From NCBI GenBank assembly GCA_964016885.1, contig OZ024740.1:127782001-127846000 (forward strand): a stretch of 64,000 nucleotides of DNA, given 5' to 3'. Position numbers and translations under genes: made by a program. The DNA is from Eledone cirrhosa. Its lineage: Eukaryota. The notes beneath the pieces were generated by a model, which worked only from the letters and a program-made list of their open reading frames with translations, made no database searches and was not told where the DNA came from. Below, piece by piece: positions 52,250 to 64,000 of this stretch. Numbering within the stretch: position 1 is the first letter of the stretch; each line of letters begins with the position of its first letter.

Positions 52250-52437
52250 ATAAATTAATAAAAACAATGAAATAAAAACAAAGAACAAGTTCCTTATACT
52301 AATAAATTCATCATTTTACGATCGTTTCTAGGATGTATATGTGTACACACATACATAGAAACGATCGTATAATGATGAATTTATTAATATAAGGAGCTTG
52401 TTTTTTGTTTTTTATTTCATTGTTTTTATTAATTTAT
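52250..52437. repeat. Inverted pLTR-like pair (about 80-bp arms) retaining only the 3' half of a hammerhead
   Basis: 52250-52330 versus 52356-52437. Each arm starts with TAGAAACGATCGTA (GAAA + palindromic stem III + UA). Confidence 0.8.
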
Positions 52438-52557
52438 CTTGACTCTGTTTTACTATGATTCTCATCGAAAATATTTGAATGCATCTCTCTTTTCATGATA
52501 TTTGGATTACATTGAGTTCTTCATACGGATTGGACACTACCGTATATTTTGGTAGAT

Positions 52558-52652
<95 letters not shown>

Positions 52653-54518
52653 CGTTTGTATTTGTAAACCAAAACAATGCAGGTATGGATATAGAATATA
52701 AATGCAAATGCAAAATATATTGTTGACAATTAGTCTTTTACCTTAAATTTATTTAAATATCCTTAATTTTCGAGATAATATCTCTTCTTTCGGAGGGAAG
52801 TAAAGTTGTTAAACCAGCGTTCTAAATAGCTTGCCAATATAAATATACATATATATACAATATATATATACTTACGTATATATATACACGCGCACACATA
52901 TATACATGTGTGTGTGTGTGTGAGTGTGCGTGTGTGTGTGTATGAGTGTGTGTGTGCATAAGTGTATTTGTTTGTGGGTATGCATGTATATTTATGAATA
53001 ATATTCGCACGCAGCGCTGGAGTGTTTATGTCCAATGATACATACTGAACTTCAATTAGATATACGTGCACGCATATTGATTTTGCTTAACTTAATCTAT
53101 TTTTATTTATTTATATATCACGAAACATATTATCATTTTACAACATTGCATATTTTGAGATTTTCAATGTGTTGATATTTGTAGATAGAAAGTAATTTTC
53201 TCTAAGATTTGCAAAATGAAATAGATAAATATTAAGAAAGTGTAAAGACAAATAGAAGTATAATATAACTAAACTGAAAATATCGATACATACACGAATA
53301 CAAACAACAAAGCAAAGATAGAATTTCAACTGAAAAACCCCACAAGCTAGGTTTACAGAAAATATTAAAGATTGTTCAATTCACTTAAAACCCCTTTTTA
53401 CCGATAAATATCACTAAACATATATATATCAGTGTATTACAATTCATAATAGCATACATTTTAAAACAGCATCAACAGCAAATTTGCATTGGTTACTGTT
53501 ATGTATATTTTCGAAGAAGTACATATGTGCCCATTCGAAGTAAGTTGTCTAAATGTTTCATATTACATATATATGGGCGGTGTGTTTCCTGATAAGAAAA
53601 CATAGTAGACACAGATGGAATACCTTTGGTCAGGGCTCTAGCAAAAATCAACTTCCAACATAATGTAATGAAGTATCACATACTTCCTGCTTTATACAGT
53701 ACTTCTATGCAATGAGAATCCCATATATTATACAGAAAACAAATTAACGGAACAGCGATAACAAGCCATACAACTGCATGTTTCGATAGGTATTTATTGA
53801 TATCGTAGAGTAGTCTCTAATAAGTCTTTTCTTTTCAATAGAAAACTCTACTTAAAATCTAATATCACCAGAACCAATTTAGAAGCCGCACAAATAATGT
53901 TAATAGGTCAGAATATTATTTATCATATATATATGTGTGGGATTATATGCTATGAATAGCATTCTGAATAGTGTGTATGCTACGTCACCAAATGTAATGT
54001 TCCAAGCAGTTTTTGTTATTTAGTCAGTCACTTGGTAGATACGTTTTTGTAGCCTGTCATCAGACATGATAGAACTCTTGCTACAAAACCCATAACCCAT
54101 AATATACTTAATAACTGAGAATATAATCCGAATTTAGACACCTTCATAATGTAGGTTAATGGCTAATACTGTACTTTTCATCTAAATTGTAAAATAATTA
54201 TTTTAGAGTAAACGGTGTTAAATAATCAGTGATTAATTACACCGAAGCTGGACACGTCCCTCAGGAAATTAGTTGTGAAAATGAAAAATGGAAAATAATC
54301 TTGAGTAATTAAATTTCAAACTTTCTATAACTACAAGGGGGAAATAATGTTAAGAAGAATCCTGGTGAGGAAACATAGAAAATCACAAACAGCTCCAGTA
54401 ATTTTTACGATTAATTATATGGTGAATCGCAGCAACTCAATCACATATAATGCCTTTTCACCGTCCCAAATATGTATGGTTCATATATTTCTGTGTATCT
54501 ATGTATTTATGAACCTAA

Positions 54519-54555
<37 letters not shown>

Positions 54556-54949
54556 TGATTGTCTGTTCACTGAAAAGCTTGAGCCCTTCAGTGTAATTGA
54601 TGATCGACTCTGGCATGAGATCTGTGACTTTTTAGATAAGCCAATTTCAAAACACCCTCCATATCAATTGCATATTAGTTTTGGTGCAGCTTGCACTGCT
54701 TGTTGATTTGGATGAACCTTGAAAATCTCTTTATGCCTCCTTTAGATTTGTATTATGTGGCATTGATAAGGTTTGTATAGTCTATAGTCAGTACGTAGTG
54801 ACTTATTGCGGGATCTTATGTGAGATAGAAGTCCAGGTTCTGACAGGCAGATTCTAACACAAACTGTACAAGTATAGAAAGTTCTGTTAATTTCATGTTC
54901 CCTTTGTGACGGGGTTTTTATATAATTTTTAATAATTACTTACTTTAGT

Positions 54950-55620
54950 CTGGTTGGTCCAAGGATTTTTACGCCATCCCATGTTTGAAGGCCAGGTAGC
55001 GCATCTCCTACGAGACTTTCTAGGACTCTGGGATCAATTCCTACATTCTTCAAGTTCTCTTTCAATACATCCTTGAACCTTTTCTTTCACTCAACCTGTT
55101 TTCTCTTCCCCTGAGCAGCTTCCCATAAAAGAATTGCTTAGTGATGCGCCTGTCAGTCATGCAGACAAAATGTCGAAACCAGCGCAGATGGTTTTTCATT
55201 TTTCACAGCAAAATCACCAGTTCATAAATACAAGGAGACGAAATCCGTTCGAGGAGCCAGAATGGCAGGGGTACGACGTGGCAGGAACGCCACAATTCGG
55301 TCTTTCGAGGATGAATGCATATGCAAGATAGTCGATCCCGAGCAGGTGTAGTAAATTGGATTTTCAGAAAGAGTTCTCGTTAAAAGAAAGAATCCGCTGG
55401 AGAACTTTGAAGACAGAACTTAGGTCATGCATAGCTGCCAGAGAGACTGGTCTGCGGATAGGAAACGGAGAGATAGTACACTCTTGCCTTTGGGTGGACC
55501 CAAAAACGATATCCAAAGACTCCAAACTTCCCTGGCAGAACAAACAGCCATCTCAGATGAGAAGATGTGCAAGAAGCCCTCCAACATCCTCCCGATGATC
55601 CCCAAACGATTAAAGCCCAA
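54950..55620 (-). mobile_element. Decayed RTE/BovB-like LINE relic
   Basis: Remnant HLRWFRHFVCMTDRRITKQFFYGKLLRG..RKRFKDVLKENLK, across frameshifts. Confidence 0.55.
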
Positions 55621-55629
55621 ATCACTAAT

Positions 55630-55830
55630 TCAAAGTTATTTTAACCAACACTTGCTCTCTTCTGTCCAAACTTGATGATCTCCATTCCGTTATTGCAGAC
55701 GAGAAGGCAGACCTGATAGTCCTAACCGAAACCTGGGTAAATTCAAAAGTCAAAGATGCAGAGATTCACATTCCTGATGTTATAGATCTCAAAGAAAAGG
55801 AGGGGAGTTATCGTTTGGTGCAAGATCATC
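55630..55830 (+). mobile_element. CR1/L2-type APE endonuclease fragment
   Basis: NTCSLLSKLDDLHSVIADEKADLIVLTETWV. Confidence 0.65.
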
Positions 55831-55869
55831 ACTCAAACCATCCCGTCAGCCTCTACCACTGAACACCGT

Positions 55870-56270
55870 ACTTTCGGACAACTTTGATGCTGTTCTTTGC
55901 TGTTCTTTGTGGCAATGGAAAAGCAACTTTCCAACGGACTTCTTCAAATATGAGTGAGCGAGGTAAGCATAGTCCGAATGAATGGGTTTGATCTGAGTTT
56001 GCGCCTGTGAATTGGAGGACACATGATAGAGGGCACTAAACCTATCGGTCAAGTTTCCTATGTCACTTTATGGGCTTTCTCCACGAGTGACCCTGGGGGG
56101 TGCATCCTCTCTTTTGAGGAAGTTGCAATTTGATTTTGTATAAATCTTTAATTTGTTTCTATTCCTTATTAACCTTTCTCTCACACACATCACCCACACT
56201 GTACCGTCCTGTACCGTCTTTATTGTCATCTTAATGTAATCCTTCTGTGGCTAATGAAGATACCATTATA
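55870..56270 (+). mobile_element. Older Tx1-like LINE 3' fragment
   Basis: Similar to 17600-18085 (GACTTCTTCAA, CGAATGAATGGG..CTGAGT, ATGGGCTTTCTCCAC, CTGTGGCTAATGAAGATACCATTAT). Confidence 0.65.
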
Positions 56271-56369
56271 TCAGTTCCAAATGTTAGAACATATTTTATT
56301 AGAAGAGACAAGCAGTATCAGTAGCAGCGGCAGCAATATTATTATTAATATTATTATTGTTATTGTTAT

Positions 56370-56604
56370 TCCTTGAATCTCAGTCATTGATGTTGGTTAA
56401 CTGGAAAGTCCGTTGGATTGAATATCAAGCCACTACCTGCAGCCTCAGATATTCAGGACGTATCGGAGGGTTCTTGCTGTTCCAAGCAAGCATGCCTTTT
56501 GAAGCGTTCCAAAAAGCGTGAAGGGGCCGATTTTCTTTAACCATTCCTGGAAACTTTTGGAGATAGTCCCCAGTGCGCCTATGACAGTCGGGATCACTTT
56601 GACT

Positions 56605-56606
<2 letters not shown>
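56370..56606 (-). mobile_element. 5'-truncated Dong/R4-like 3' end inside an (ATT/TAA)n tract
   Basis: EVKVIPTVIGALG..TLRYVLNI* plus a 3' UTR matching 7565-7801. TAA-type repeats on both sides. Confidence 0.9.
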
Positions 56607-56695
<89 letters not shown>

Positions 56696-57171
56696 CAGCA
56701 GCAGCAGCAGGAGTAGAAATAGTAGTAGTAGTAGCAGTAGTAGTAGTAGTAGCAGCAGCAGCAGTAGTAGTAGTAGTAGCATTAGTAGTAGTACCAGTAG
56801 TAGTAGCAGCAGCAGCAGCAGACACAGTAGTGGTAGTAGTACAAGTAATCTTAATTGTTACCTCAGTCGATGTTCATGTACCCTATTATAAATACACTCA
56901 TAGCAAATAAAAATAAAGATAAAAATAAGTAAAGATATAATAAATAAGGAAAATGTAGTTACATATAGGCATGTGTGTGACAAATAATAAGGGATAAAGA
57001 AAGAAGATACGTAATATCTATAGGTGTTATATTTGCTTTTAACGTATAGAGGTTGTTTATCAAGCGAAATACGTATACATTCAGATTCTCAAAATGCAAA
57101 GTGTGAATATAATGATATTCTACGATTATAATAATACATGAGTATTGAAAATGTATTATGTATCAGAAGGT

Positions 57172-57285
57172 CTGGTAATTTTTTTTATCGACGTCAAAAG
57201 GAAGAAAGGCAATGTTGACTTAAGTAGGATTTGAACAGAGCCAGAATGAATACGACACATTATTCGATCCAGCGTTCTAACAATG
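57172..57285 (-). mobile_element. Degenerate SINE copy
   Basis: CTGGTA..TTTATCGAC..AAGGAAGAAAGGCAATGTTGAC..GGATTTGAAC. Confidence 0.6.
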
Positions 57286-57605
57286 CAAAGGTGTTCAAAT
57301 CTGATATTAATATATAACCTAGTCTAAGCAGAGATAATTTGTTGAGTTTAATTAGTGTAATCATAATATATGGATTATTACACGTTCGGTAAATATTCTG
57401 GATTTGTGGGAAATAATTCAATAAAAAATAGTTAAGCGATTACTAAAATGAATTACGAATATAATGAGAAACAATTAATGTTATGTATATCAAACAAGGT
57501 CTCTGGATTGGCAGCACCGGTGGCGCGTCAGACAACACGCTTTGCAGCATACAGCTAAGGCCAGTGTGAGTCCACATGTATACAGCTATGACGGAGCTAA
57601 AATTC

Positions 57606-57639
<34 letters not shown>

Positions 57640-57863
57640 TTATACAGTATTTACGTATCGAGAGAGAGAAAAAAAAGGGGAGGATAGGTGATACATATAG
57701 TTATTTGCCAAGTAGCGTATGCCAAAGGTGCTCGATACTAGTGCCGGCAGTATTAAATATTCGAAGTGTTAATATTTAGTGGGCTAGAGAGTTAGCAGAG
57801 CGTAAGCACGTGAGAAAGTAAGAAATCGGAGAATAGAACGTTAAAACATGTTTATTTAAAACA

Positions 57864-57903
57864 GCACCTACGTACGTTTCGCCCAGTTGGGCTTCTCAAG
57901 GGC
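57864..57903 (-). ncRNA. Minimal hammerhead, U3-A8 core
   Basis: GCCC-UUGAGAA-GCCC AACU GGGC-GAAA-CGUACG-UA-GGUGC. Confidence 0.82.
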
Positions 57904-58507
57904 ATAAATAATCAAAAGTGTTCCTTACATTGCTCGGAAAGAGTTTTGGGGGTTAAATCCACGTCAAGGTTCATTGCTCGCAAAATTAGCTTGTTTTGAT
58001 TTTGCAGCGGGTCATGGAGGTAACTCTGGCCGGTGTTACAGCAGCCTTTCCCGGACAAATATTTTTATCCGCTACGAGATGAGGTTAGAACCTTAGTATT
58101 GTCGATACGCATGTAATCAACGCTTATTTTGAGAGTTTTTTTTCCGCATCTGTTTGTCTGAGTCGTTTGAGGCTTGGTCTGGTATGCAAGGATAGTTTTC
58201 TGAGTGTTATTTTGTAGCGCCTGCCCGCCGGGGTGTTAAGACTTATTGCAGGGAGATCCGGTGCACAGTTTCACTCCTCATCCTTAACACATCTGAAGAA
58301 GGATATTTTTAAGCGATGTAAACAACTTATCGCTGTTTCAGCTCTGCTATTGATGAGCTCGTGGGGTGCAGTTATGATGTGGTAGAGCTCCATGAAGCAA
58401 AGATCGCATTTCCGCTTGAAGTTGTACGGTGCAGCTCTGCCGACAATATCCCAGTGCGTGGAGAAGCTGATGTTTAAGCAATGTAAGGAACACTTTTGAT
58501 TATTTAT

Positions 58508-58547
58508 GCCATTGAGAAGCCCAAATAGGCGAAACGTACGTAGGTGC
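58508..58547 (+). ncRNA. Minimal hammerhead, U3-A8 core (inverted copy)
   Basis: GCCA-UUGAGAA-GCC CAAAUA GGC-GAAA-CGUACG-UA-GGUGC. The first stem I pair is mismatched. Confidence 0.7.
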
Positions 58548-58601
58548 TGTTTTAAATAAACATGTTTTAACGGTCTATTCTCCAATTTATTACTTTCCCA
58601 C

Positions 58602-58660
<59 letters not shown>

Positions 58661-58752
58661 ACGAAGGAATTGTGGTAAGGAACCAAATGGACATTAACGC
58701 ACCAGAGTACTCAATACTTAGGGTAGTAGAGTGGGAAATAGGAAAACATATG

Positions 58753-58848
58753 ACCCCGACGGCAGAGCGCAAGCCGTTTCGACGGCTATTTCTGGACTAA
58801 ATTAGAATTTTTAGTCTGGTGAATAAATAGCCGAACTTGTCAAGGGGT
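58753..58848 (-). ncRNA. Type-I hammerhead, U3-A8 core, long stem II
   Basis: ACCCC-UUGACAA-stem II (CGGCUAUUU/AAAUAGCCG + GACUAAA/UUUAGUC)-GAAA-CGGC..GCCG-UC-GGGGU. GUC site. Confidence 0.87.
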
Positions 58849-59907
58849 ACTTCCTTATATGGGAAGAGAGTAGTTGTCAAGAGGATTGGTCAAAATTTGT
58901 TGTAAACACAAATAAGTCTATCATAGCATTTGGTGGGTGGTAGGGGTGGCTGAACTTGCCTGTAGTACAATGAGGGAGTGAGTGGAGCCGGTCAAGCTTT
59001 GAAAGTGATATGTATACAGCAGATTCTAAGGATAATGTATGAAAAATCGAAAAATTGTTCTGGAAAAAATGGAGGAGGGAAGTTATAGAATAGGTAATTC
59101 GAATGAGAGTAGGAGACAATAGAAAATAACAGAAAGAAATATAAAAAAAAATATAAAATTAGATAACGAGAAATGAATAAATAAAAACAGTAAGGTCTAG
59201 AAACAGCTGCTATGATTAGTAGGTGTTGCTTGTACGGCCAAAGCTATAGAAAAGGTTAATAAGTTGAGAATGGAAAATACTAAATATCGAAGTGGGTAGT
59301 GAAAAAATATAAAGCAAACTTTTCTGGGGACTAACACAGCTGCTAAAAATAGTTAGTAAAGCATATTCCGCTAATGCTATCTTACAATTACAGGTTAATA
59401 AGTTGAGAATCGAAAAGAAATGTAGAAATGGAGGAGTAACAAATATGATACAAAATTAAAGGGGTCTGACACATCTGCTATAAGTAGTTAGTAAAGCGTA
59501 TTCGGCCAATTCTATTTTAAAATTACTGGGGTGGGGGTACTGAGGCTACAGAGGCCCGATGGGCTGCCATGATAGACTTATTTGTGTTTACAACAAATGT
59601 TGACCAATCCTCTTGACATCTACAATCTTCTCATATAAGTTCAGGTATTTATTCTCCAGGCTAAAAATTCTAAATTAGTCCAGAAATAGCCGTCGAAACG
59701 GCTTGAGATCTGCCGTCGGTGTCATACTTTTTCTTATTTCCCACTCTACTAGCCTAAGTATTGAGTACTCTGGTGCGTTATGGTCTACCTGTTTCCTTAC
59801 CACAATTCCTTCGTTATTTAGCTCCTATCTCTGTAGTAGAGCGCTTTCCGACTCTACCACGCCATATCCCGACTTTTCCACCCAGCTCAAATTTGTTCAC
59901 CCGTACC

Positions 59908-61886
59908 ATGCGAAGACAGAACATCGACTTCTCCACCAAGAATATCCCAGTTCCACCGAGAAAACTTTACCTTCGGATGCTCACGAAAAAAATCGACCTT
60001 TTTGCGAAAAGACTAAGATAAATACTACGATAGATACCGCGACAATCAGGACATCGTCACCAAGGAGAGATTCGGATTAAATACATACAAATCTCCCCCA
60101 CCCAACCCTATGCTCTTACCCTTCGAGAACGATCTTTTCCACCTGGTCAAGTGCATTAAATTCAAACTCAGACACAACAGATTCCTACAATTCCGTAGTA
60201 AAATAACAGAGTAAGAAAACACCAACGACATCATGGTGCACTCGGACAAAACTGGAAACCTCTACTTCGTCAATCCTGACATATAGCACACATCGATCAG
60301 GAGCAGCCTAAACTCCACCTATAAAAAGGCTAACCATTCAATTATCGAGGGCATAAATCGAGATGGACAACAAATTACCTCCAGCCTCGGGGTCCGACCG
60401 CACTGAACCCCTAGAACCATGGACTCCCTACTTCACACTGAGGGACCACAAATCCGACTTCGACTGCAAACCATCCATCAGGTTTATAAACCCAACGAAG
60501 TCGGACATAGGGCGAATCAGTAAAAAGATCCTAGACCGCGTTATACCAAAAGTATAGAGACTTAGCTCATGGTTCAGGAATATGGAGGACAAACGAGACA
60601 GAAAATTCATCCAGTTTGACATAGAGAGTTACTATGCATCTATTACCTTACCGCTCTTTGCGGAAACGCTCACACTGGACTTTGCCGAAACACTCACAGC
60701 CATCATTGACCAGGAAAGAAATATCATTCTCTACGCAAGGAAGACAGTCCTACTTTTCGACAACTCCAAGTATGGGCGACGTCAGTATGGGCGCGACGGA
60801 TTTGGCCGAGGTCACATATCTTATAGGATTATTCCTACTATTTAAACTCACCGAAATGTTTCCTGCATTCGGCGGTGGATTGTACCGAGAAATATGGTCT
60901 CCTCACCCCCAGTAGTACAGACCGGGTCCGTAAACATCTAATCAACTTCTTCCGCGACTGCGGATTTAAAATCACCCTACAAACATCCCTAACCCGAGCC
61001 AATTTTCTGGACGTTACCCTTAACCTCGAAAATTATCTGTACTACCCATACAGGAAACCAAACGACAACCTGCACTATATACACCGCCGCTCTAACCATC
61101 CTAGAAACATCACCAATAACCTGGTTAAACATATCTCCCTCCGCATATCTCGTTTGTCCGCTAATGAGCAGATATTCGACGAACATGCGCCTCATTACAA
61201 TCAGGCCCTCAAGCGGAGTGGCTTCCGGGAGGAAATATCCTTTTATCCAGCTTCCCTTAGCGGAACCAGCAGGCGACACCGCCACTCACGCAACGTAACG
61301 TGGTTCAATCCTCCCCATAATGCCAAGGTGGCTACACCTGTCGGGAAAATCTTCTTTATGCTCCTCGAAAAACACTTTCCACAACAACACCGCTACCACA
61401 ACATAATCAACAAAAACACTGTCAAACTCTCCTACAGCACCACACCTAACCTCTCTTAAAACATCGTCTCCTCAAACAACAAAAAACTCAACATCTACGG
61501 AAGAAACAACCTAGAAATCAATGGAGAGCCGACCGAGAATGTAACGTGATCTACCAGTGCAACGTGAGGATGGACACCTCCAACAAGGCTTATATAGGAT
61601 TAACCGCTTGTGACGTCAAGACCCGGCTCTACCAACACCGACATACTTTCCGAAACGCAGTCCGGCGACATGCCACTACACATTCGGGCCACATCTGGGA
61701 CCTCCAAGATAATAATATAATCTACAATCTCACGTCCGTGTAATTTATTCTCGGAGGAAAAAATTTAAAATGGTGTTTTCGAAGGACCAACACCTAAACA
61801 AGAAAGACGAACTGGTAACCGCAAGCAAACACAGATTGCGTAGGACTTACCTCGCCCTCAAACTCCATAAATACCCGGGTGGGTAG
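59908..61886 (+). pseudogene. PLE RT / GIY-YIG polyprotein (stops, frameshifts, deletions)
   Basis: MRRQNIDFSTKNIPVP, SDKTGNLY, LRDHK..RFINPTKSDIG, FIQFDIESYY, DVSMGATDLAEV, GLYR, NFLDVTL, WFNPP, KLSYSTTPN and AYIGLT..KTRLYQH. Confidence 0.9.
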
Positions 61887-62592
61887 ACAAGGGTTGATAA
61901 CCGCCACACTTGCCGAATAAGTTAGGGGAAACCCCAGCTTACATAAGTAGATGTAGCTCTTTTCTTTTCACTATGTTTTCTTCTTCCCCCTGTCTCATCC
62001 TATCACATCCTTCCACCACTGATCTTCTTCCTCGTCTGTTTTTCTCCTTTCGCCTACCCCGATGCAGCCCACCGGACCTCTGTAGCCTCAGTACCCCCAC
62101 CCCTGTAATTTTAAGATAAAATTGGCCGAATACGCTTTACTAACTACTTATAGCAGATGTGTTAGACCCCTTCAATTTTCTATCATTTTTGTTACTACTC
62201 CATTTCTACAATTTTTTCGATTCTCAACTTATTAACCTGTAATTGTAAGATAGCATTGGTGGAATACGCTTTACTAACTATTTTTAGCAGCTGTGTTAGA
62301 ACCCTGAAAAGTTTGCTTTATATTTTTCACTACCCACTTCTACATTTAGTACTTTCATTCTCAACTTATTAACCTTTTCTATAGCTTTGGCCGTACAAGC
62401 AACACCTACTAATCATAGCAGCTGTTTCTAGACCCTACTGTTTTTATTTATTCATTTCTCACTATCTAATTTTATATAATTTTTTATATTTCTTTCTATT
62501 ATTTTTTATTGTCTCCTACTCTCATTCGAATTACCTATTCTATAACTTCTCGCCTCCATTTTCTCTAGAACAATTTATCGAATTTTCATACA

Positions 62593-62690
62593 CCGAGGTT
62601 AACTTTGCCTTTCATCCTTACGGGGTCGATAAAATAAAGTACCAGTAATACACTGGGAAATTGCTGGCCTTGTGCCAAAAGTAGAAACAA
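62593..62690 (+). mobile_element. 5'-truncated SINE inserted in the PLE 3' region
   Basis: CCGAGGTTAACTTTGCC..GTAGAAACAA interrupts TTCATACA|TTATCCTTAG, which is contiguous in the inverted copy at about 59027-59044. Confidence 0.9.
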
Positions 62691-62877
62691 TTATCCTTAG
62701 AATCTGTTGTATACATATCACTTTCAACGCTTGACCGGCTCCACTCACTCCCTCATTGTACTACAGGCAAGTTAAGCCACCCCTACCTCCCACCAAATGC
62801 CATGATAGACTGATTTGTGTTTACAACAAATTTTGAGCAATCCTCTTGACAACTACAATCTTCCCATATAAGGAAGT

Positions 62878-62973
62878 ACCCCTTGACAAGTTCGGCGATT
62901 TTTTCACCAGGCTAAACATTCTAATTTAGTCTAGAAATAGCCGTCGAAACGGCTTGAGCTCTGCCGTCGGGTT
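62878..62973 (+). ncRNA. Type-I hammerhead, U3-A8 core, long stem II (3' pLTR)
   Basis: ACCCC-UUGACAA (62883), stem II, GAAA (62946)-CGGC UUGAGCUCU GCCG-UC (GUC 62966-62968)-GGG. Confidence 0.85.
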
Positions 62974-64000
62974 CATGCTTTTTCCTACATATATATATAT
63001 ATATATAGGGGGGGGGGCTGTGTGTGTGAAAATAGCTTCAGAAATTTAGAAAAATAATCTTAAGGGACAAAAAGTGGTTAGCAGCCACTTCACAGTCTTT
63101 AACTCCGCATCACATGATTTCTAGCTAAGTCTATTGCTGTCACGCCACAAGCCAGCTAGGAACAGTTTCTGTCCAAATTAGGAACGATATATATTATCTA
63201 TTCGTTTAACGCTGGAAGAAAGCAAATCTTTCGATCGATTTAGGTAATTGGATGATTTAAAATTTAAATCCAAGCACAGAATAACTATAAATGAAACTCC
63301 CGTAAAATACCCTTAGGAACAAATTATGTTGTCATATTTCATTTGATTTAATCGTAAGGACTTTGTCCGGTATTCAAGATATACGGAGTTTGATTCAAAA
63401 GCAAGTGGTAAAATATATGAATGAGCTTTCTAAAGGTGGTCTAGATGTACAGCACATTAGCTACTTTTGCCTAAATACCTAGTCAGTCATCCACGTGCAA
63501 CTGGTACCTTGTAATCTGGTACAACAAGCTTCATGATTGGGTGGGTGGCGATAAACTTGCTCCTCCTCCAGACCTAATCTTGTGATGAAGGTACGTGGAA
63601 ATCCAACACCATAAAAATGAGCTGTTGCAGCACCATAATAATGAGCTGTTAAATGGCGGATAAACTCGCCAGTGCCAATGGGTCTCTATCCACATATGGT
63701 TTAAATAGTCTTATCCGTCCACATATGCCCATGCCTGGTGAGTAAAGCGACATTTCTTACATACCTAAAACCTAACAAAAAGGTCGACAAGTGAAGGATT
63801 CCTCCACAGGAGTGAGAAATCCTTGGATTGAATTGGATTAACATAGTTGGTATGGGTTGTCTGCGTTCAATTCCTCTCTATTTTACTGCAAATACACTTT
63901 AACTATTCTATCCAAAGGAACTTACAGAGATGTTCCGCCAAGCAGATCCATCAAGCTCGAAATATCTCAGCTGTAAGCCTTTTAAGACCAACATGACCCA

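Larger units (their letters stand above)
57655..58603 (-). mobile_element. PLE 3' fragment of the 38.2-kb family capped by an inverted pLTR
   Basis: Colinear with 38210-39013 (WDIVGRAAPYNFKRKCDLCFMELYHI). 58477-58603 is the reverse complement of 57807-57934. Confidence 0.88.
58659..62990 (+). mobile_element. Full-length, degenerate Nematis-type PLE with inverted upstream pLTR, direct 5' pLTR, ORF and 3' pLTR
   Basis: 58659-59554 is the reverse complement of about 62076-62987 plus the pLTR end. 59565-59740 repeats 62798-62987 directly. (TA)n on both flanks. Confidence 0.92.

Noticed and set aside
59908-61886. In-frame stops as selenocysteine recoding, as in Naiad PLEs
   Set aside because: The stops seen are mostly TAA/TAG with accompanying frameshifts, and the endonuclease is C-terminal. 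Ordinary decay explains them.

Overview
Eukaryotic, AT-rich, gene-free DNA made almost entirely of decayed retroelements embedded in microsatellites. The tRNA-derived SINE and repeat landscape suggest an invertebrate, probably a cephalopod such as Octopus (inference). No host gene, rRNA, tRNA or CRISPR array is supportable. Positions 1-18.1 kb are a nested cluster of Tx1/L1-like LINEs and Dong/R4-like RLE elements, mostly joined through (ATT/TAA)n tracts. Positions 19.7-63 kb are a (TA)n-rich field of Penelope-like elements (PLEs: one Neptune-type, several Nematis-type RT + GIY-YIG), solo or inverted pseudo-LTRs (pLTRs), SINEs and RTE/CR1 relics. The main hidden signal, read by eye, is about 20 type-I hammerhead ribozyme (HHR) motifs from more than 10 sequence families, some intact and some decayed. 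Many carry the compensatory U3-A8 core (UUGANAA), some have long stem II inserts, some are paired in opposite polarity within palindromes, and some lie in short non-coding units with terminal direct repeats that resemble retrozymes or non-autonomous PLEs. All boundaries and folds were determined manually and need computational confirmation.
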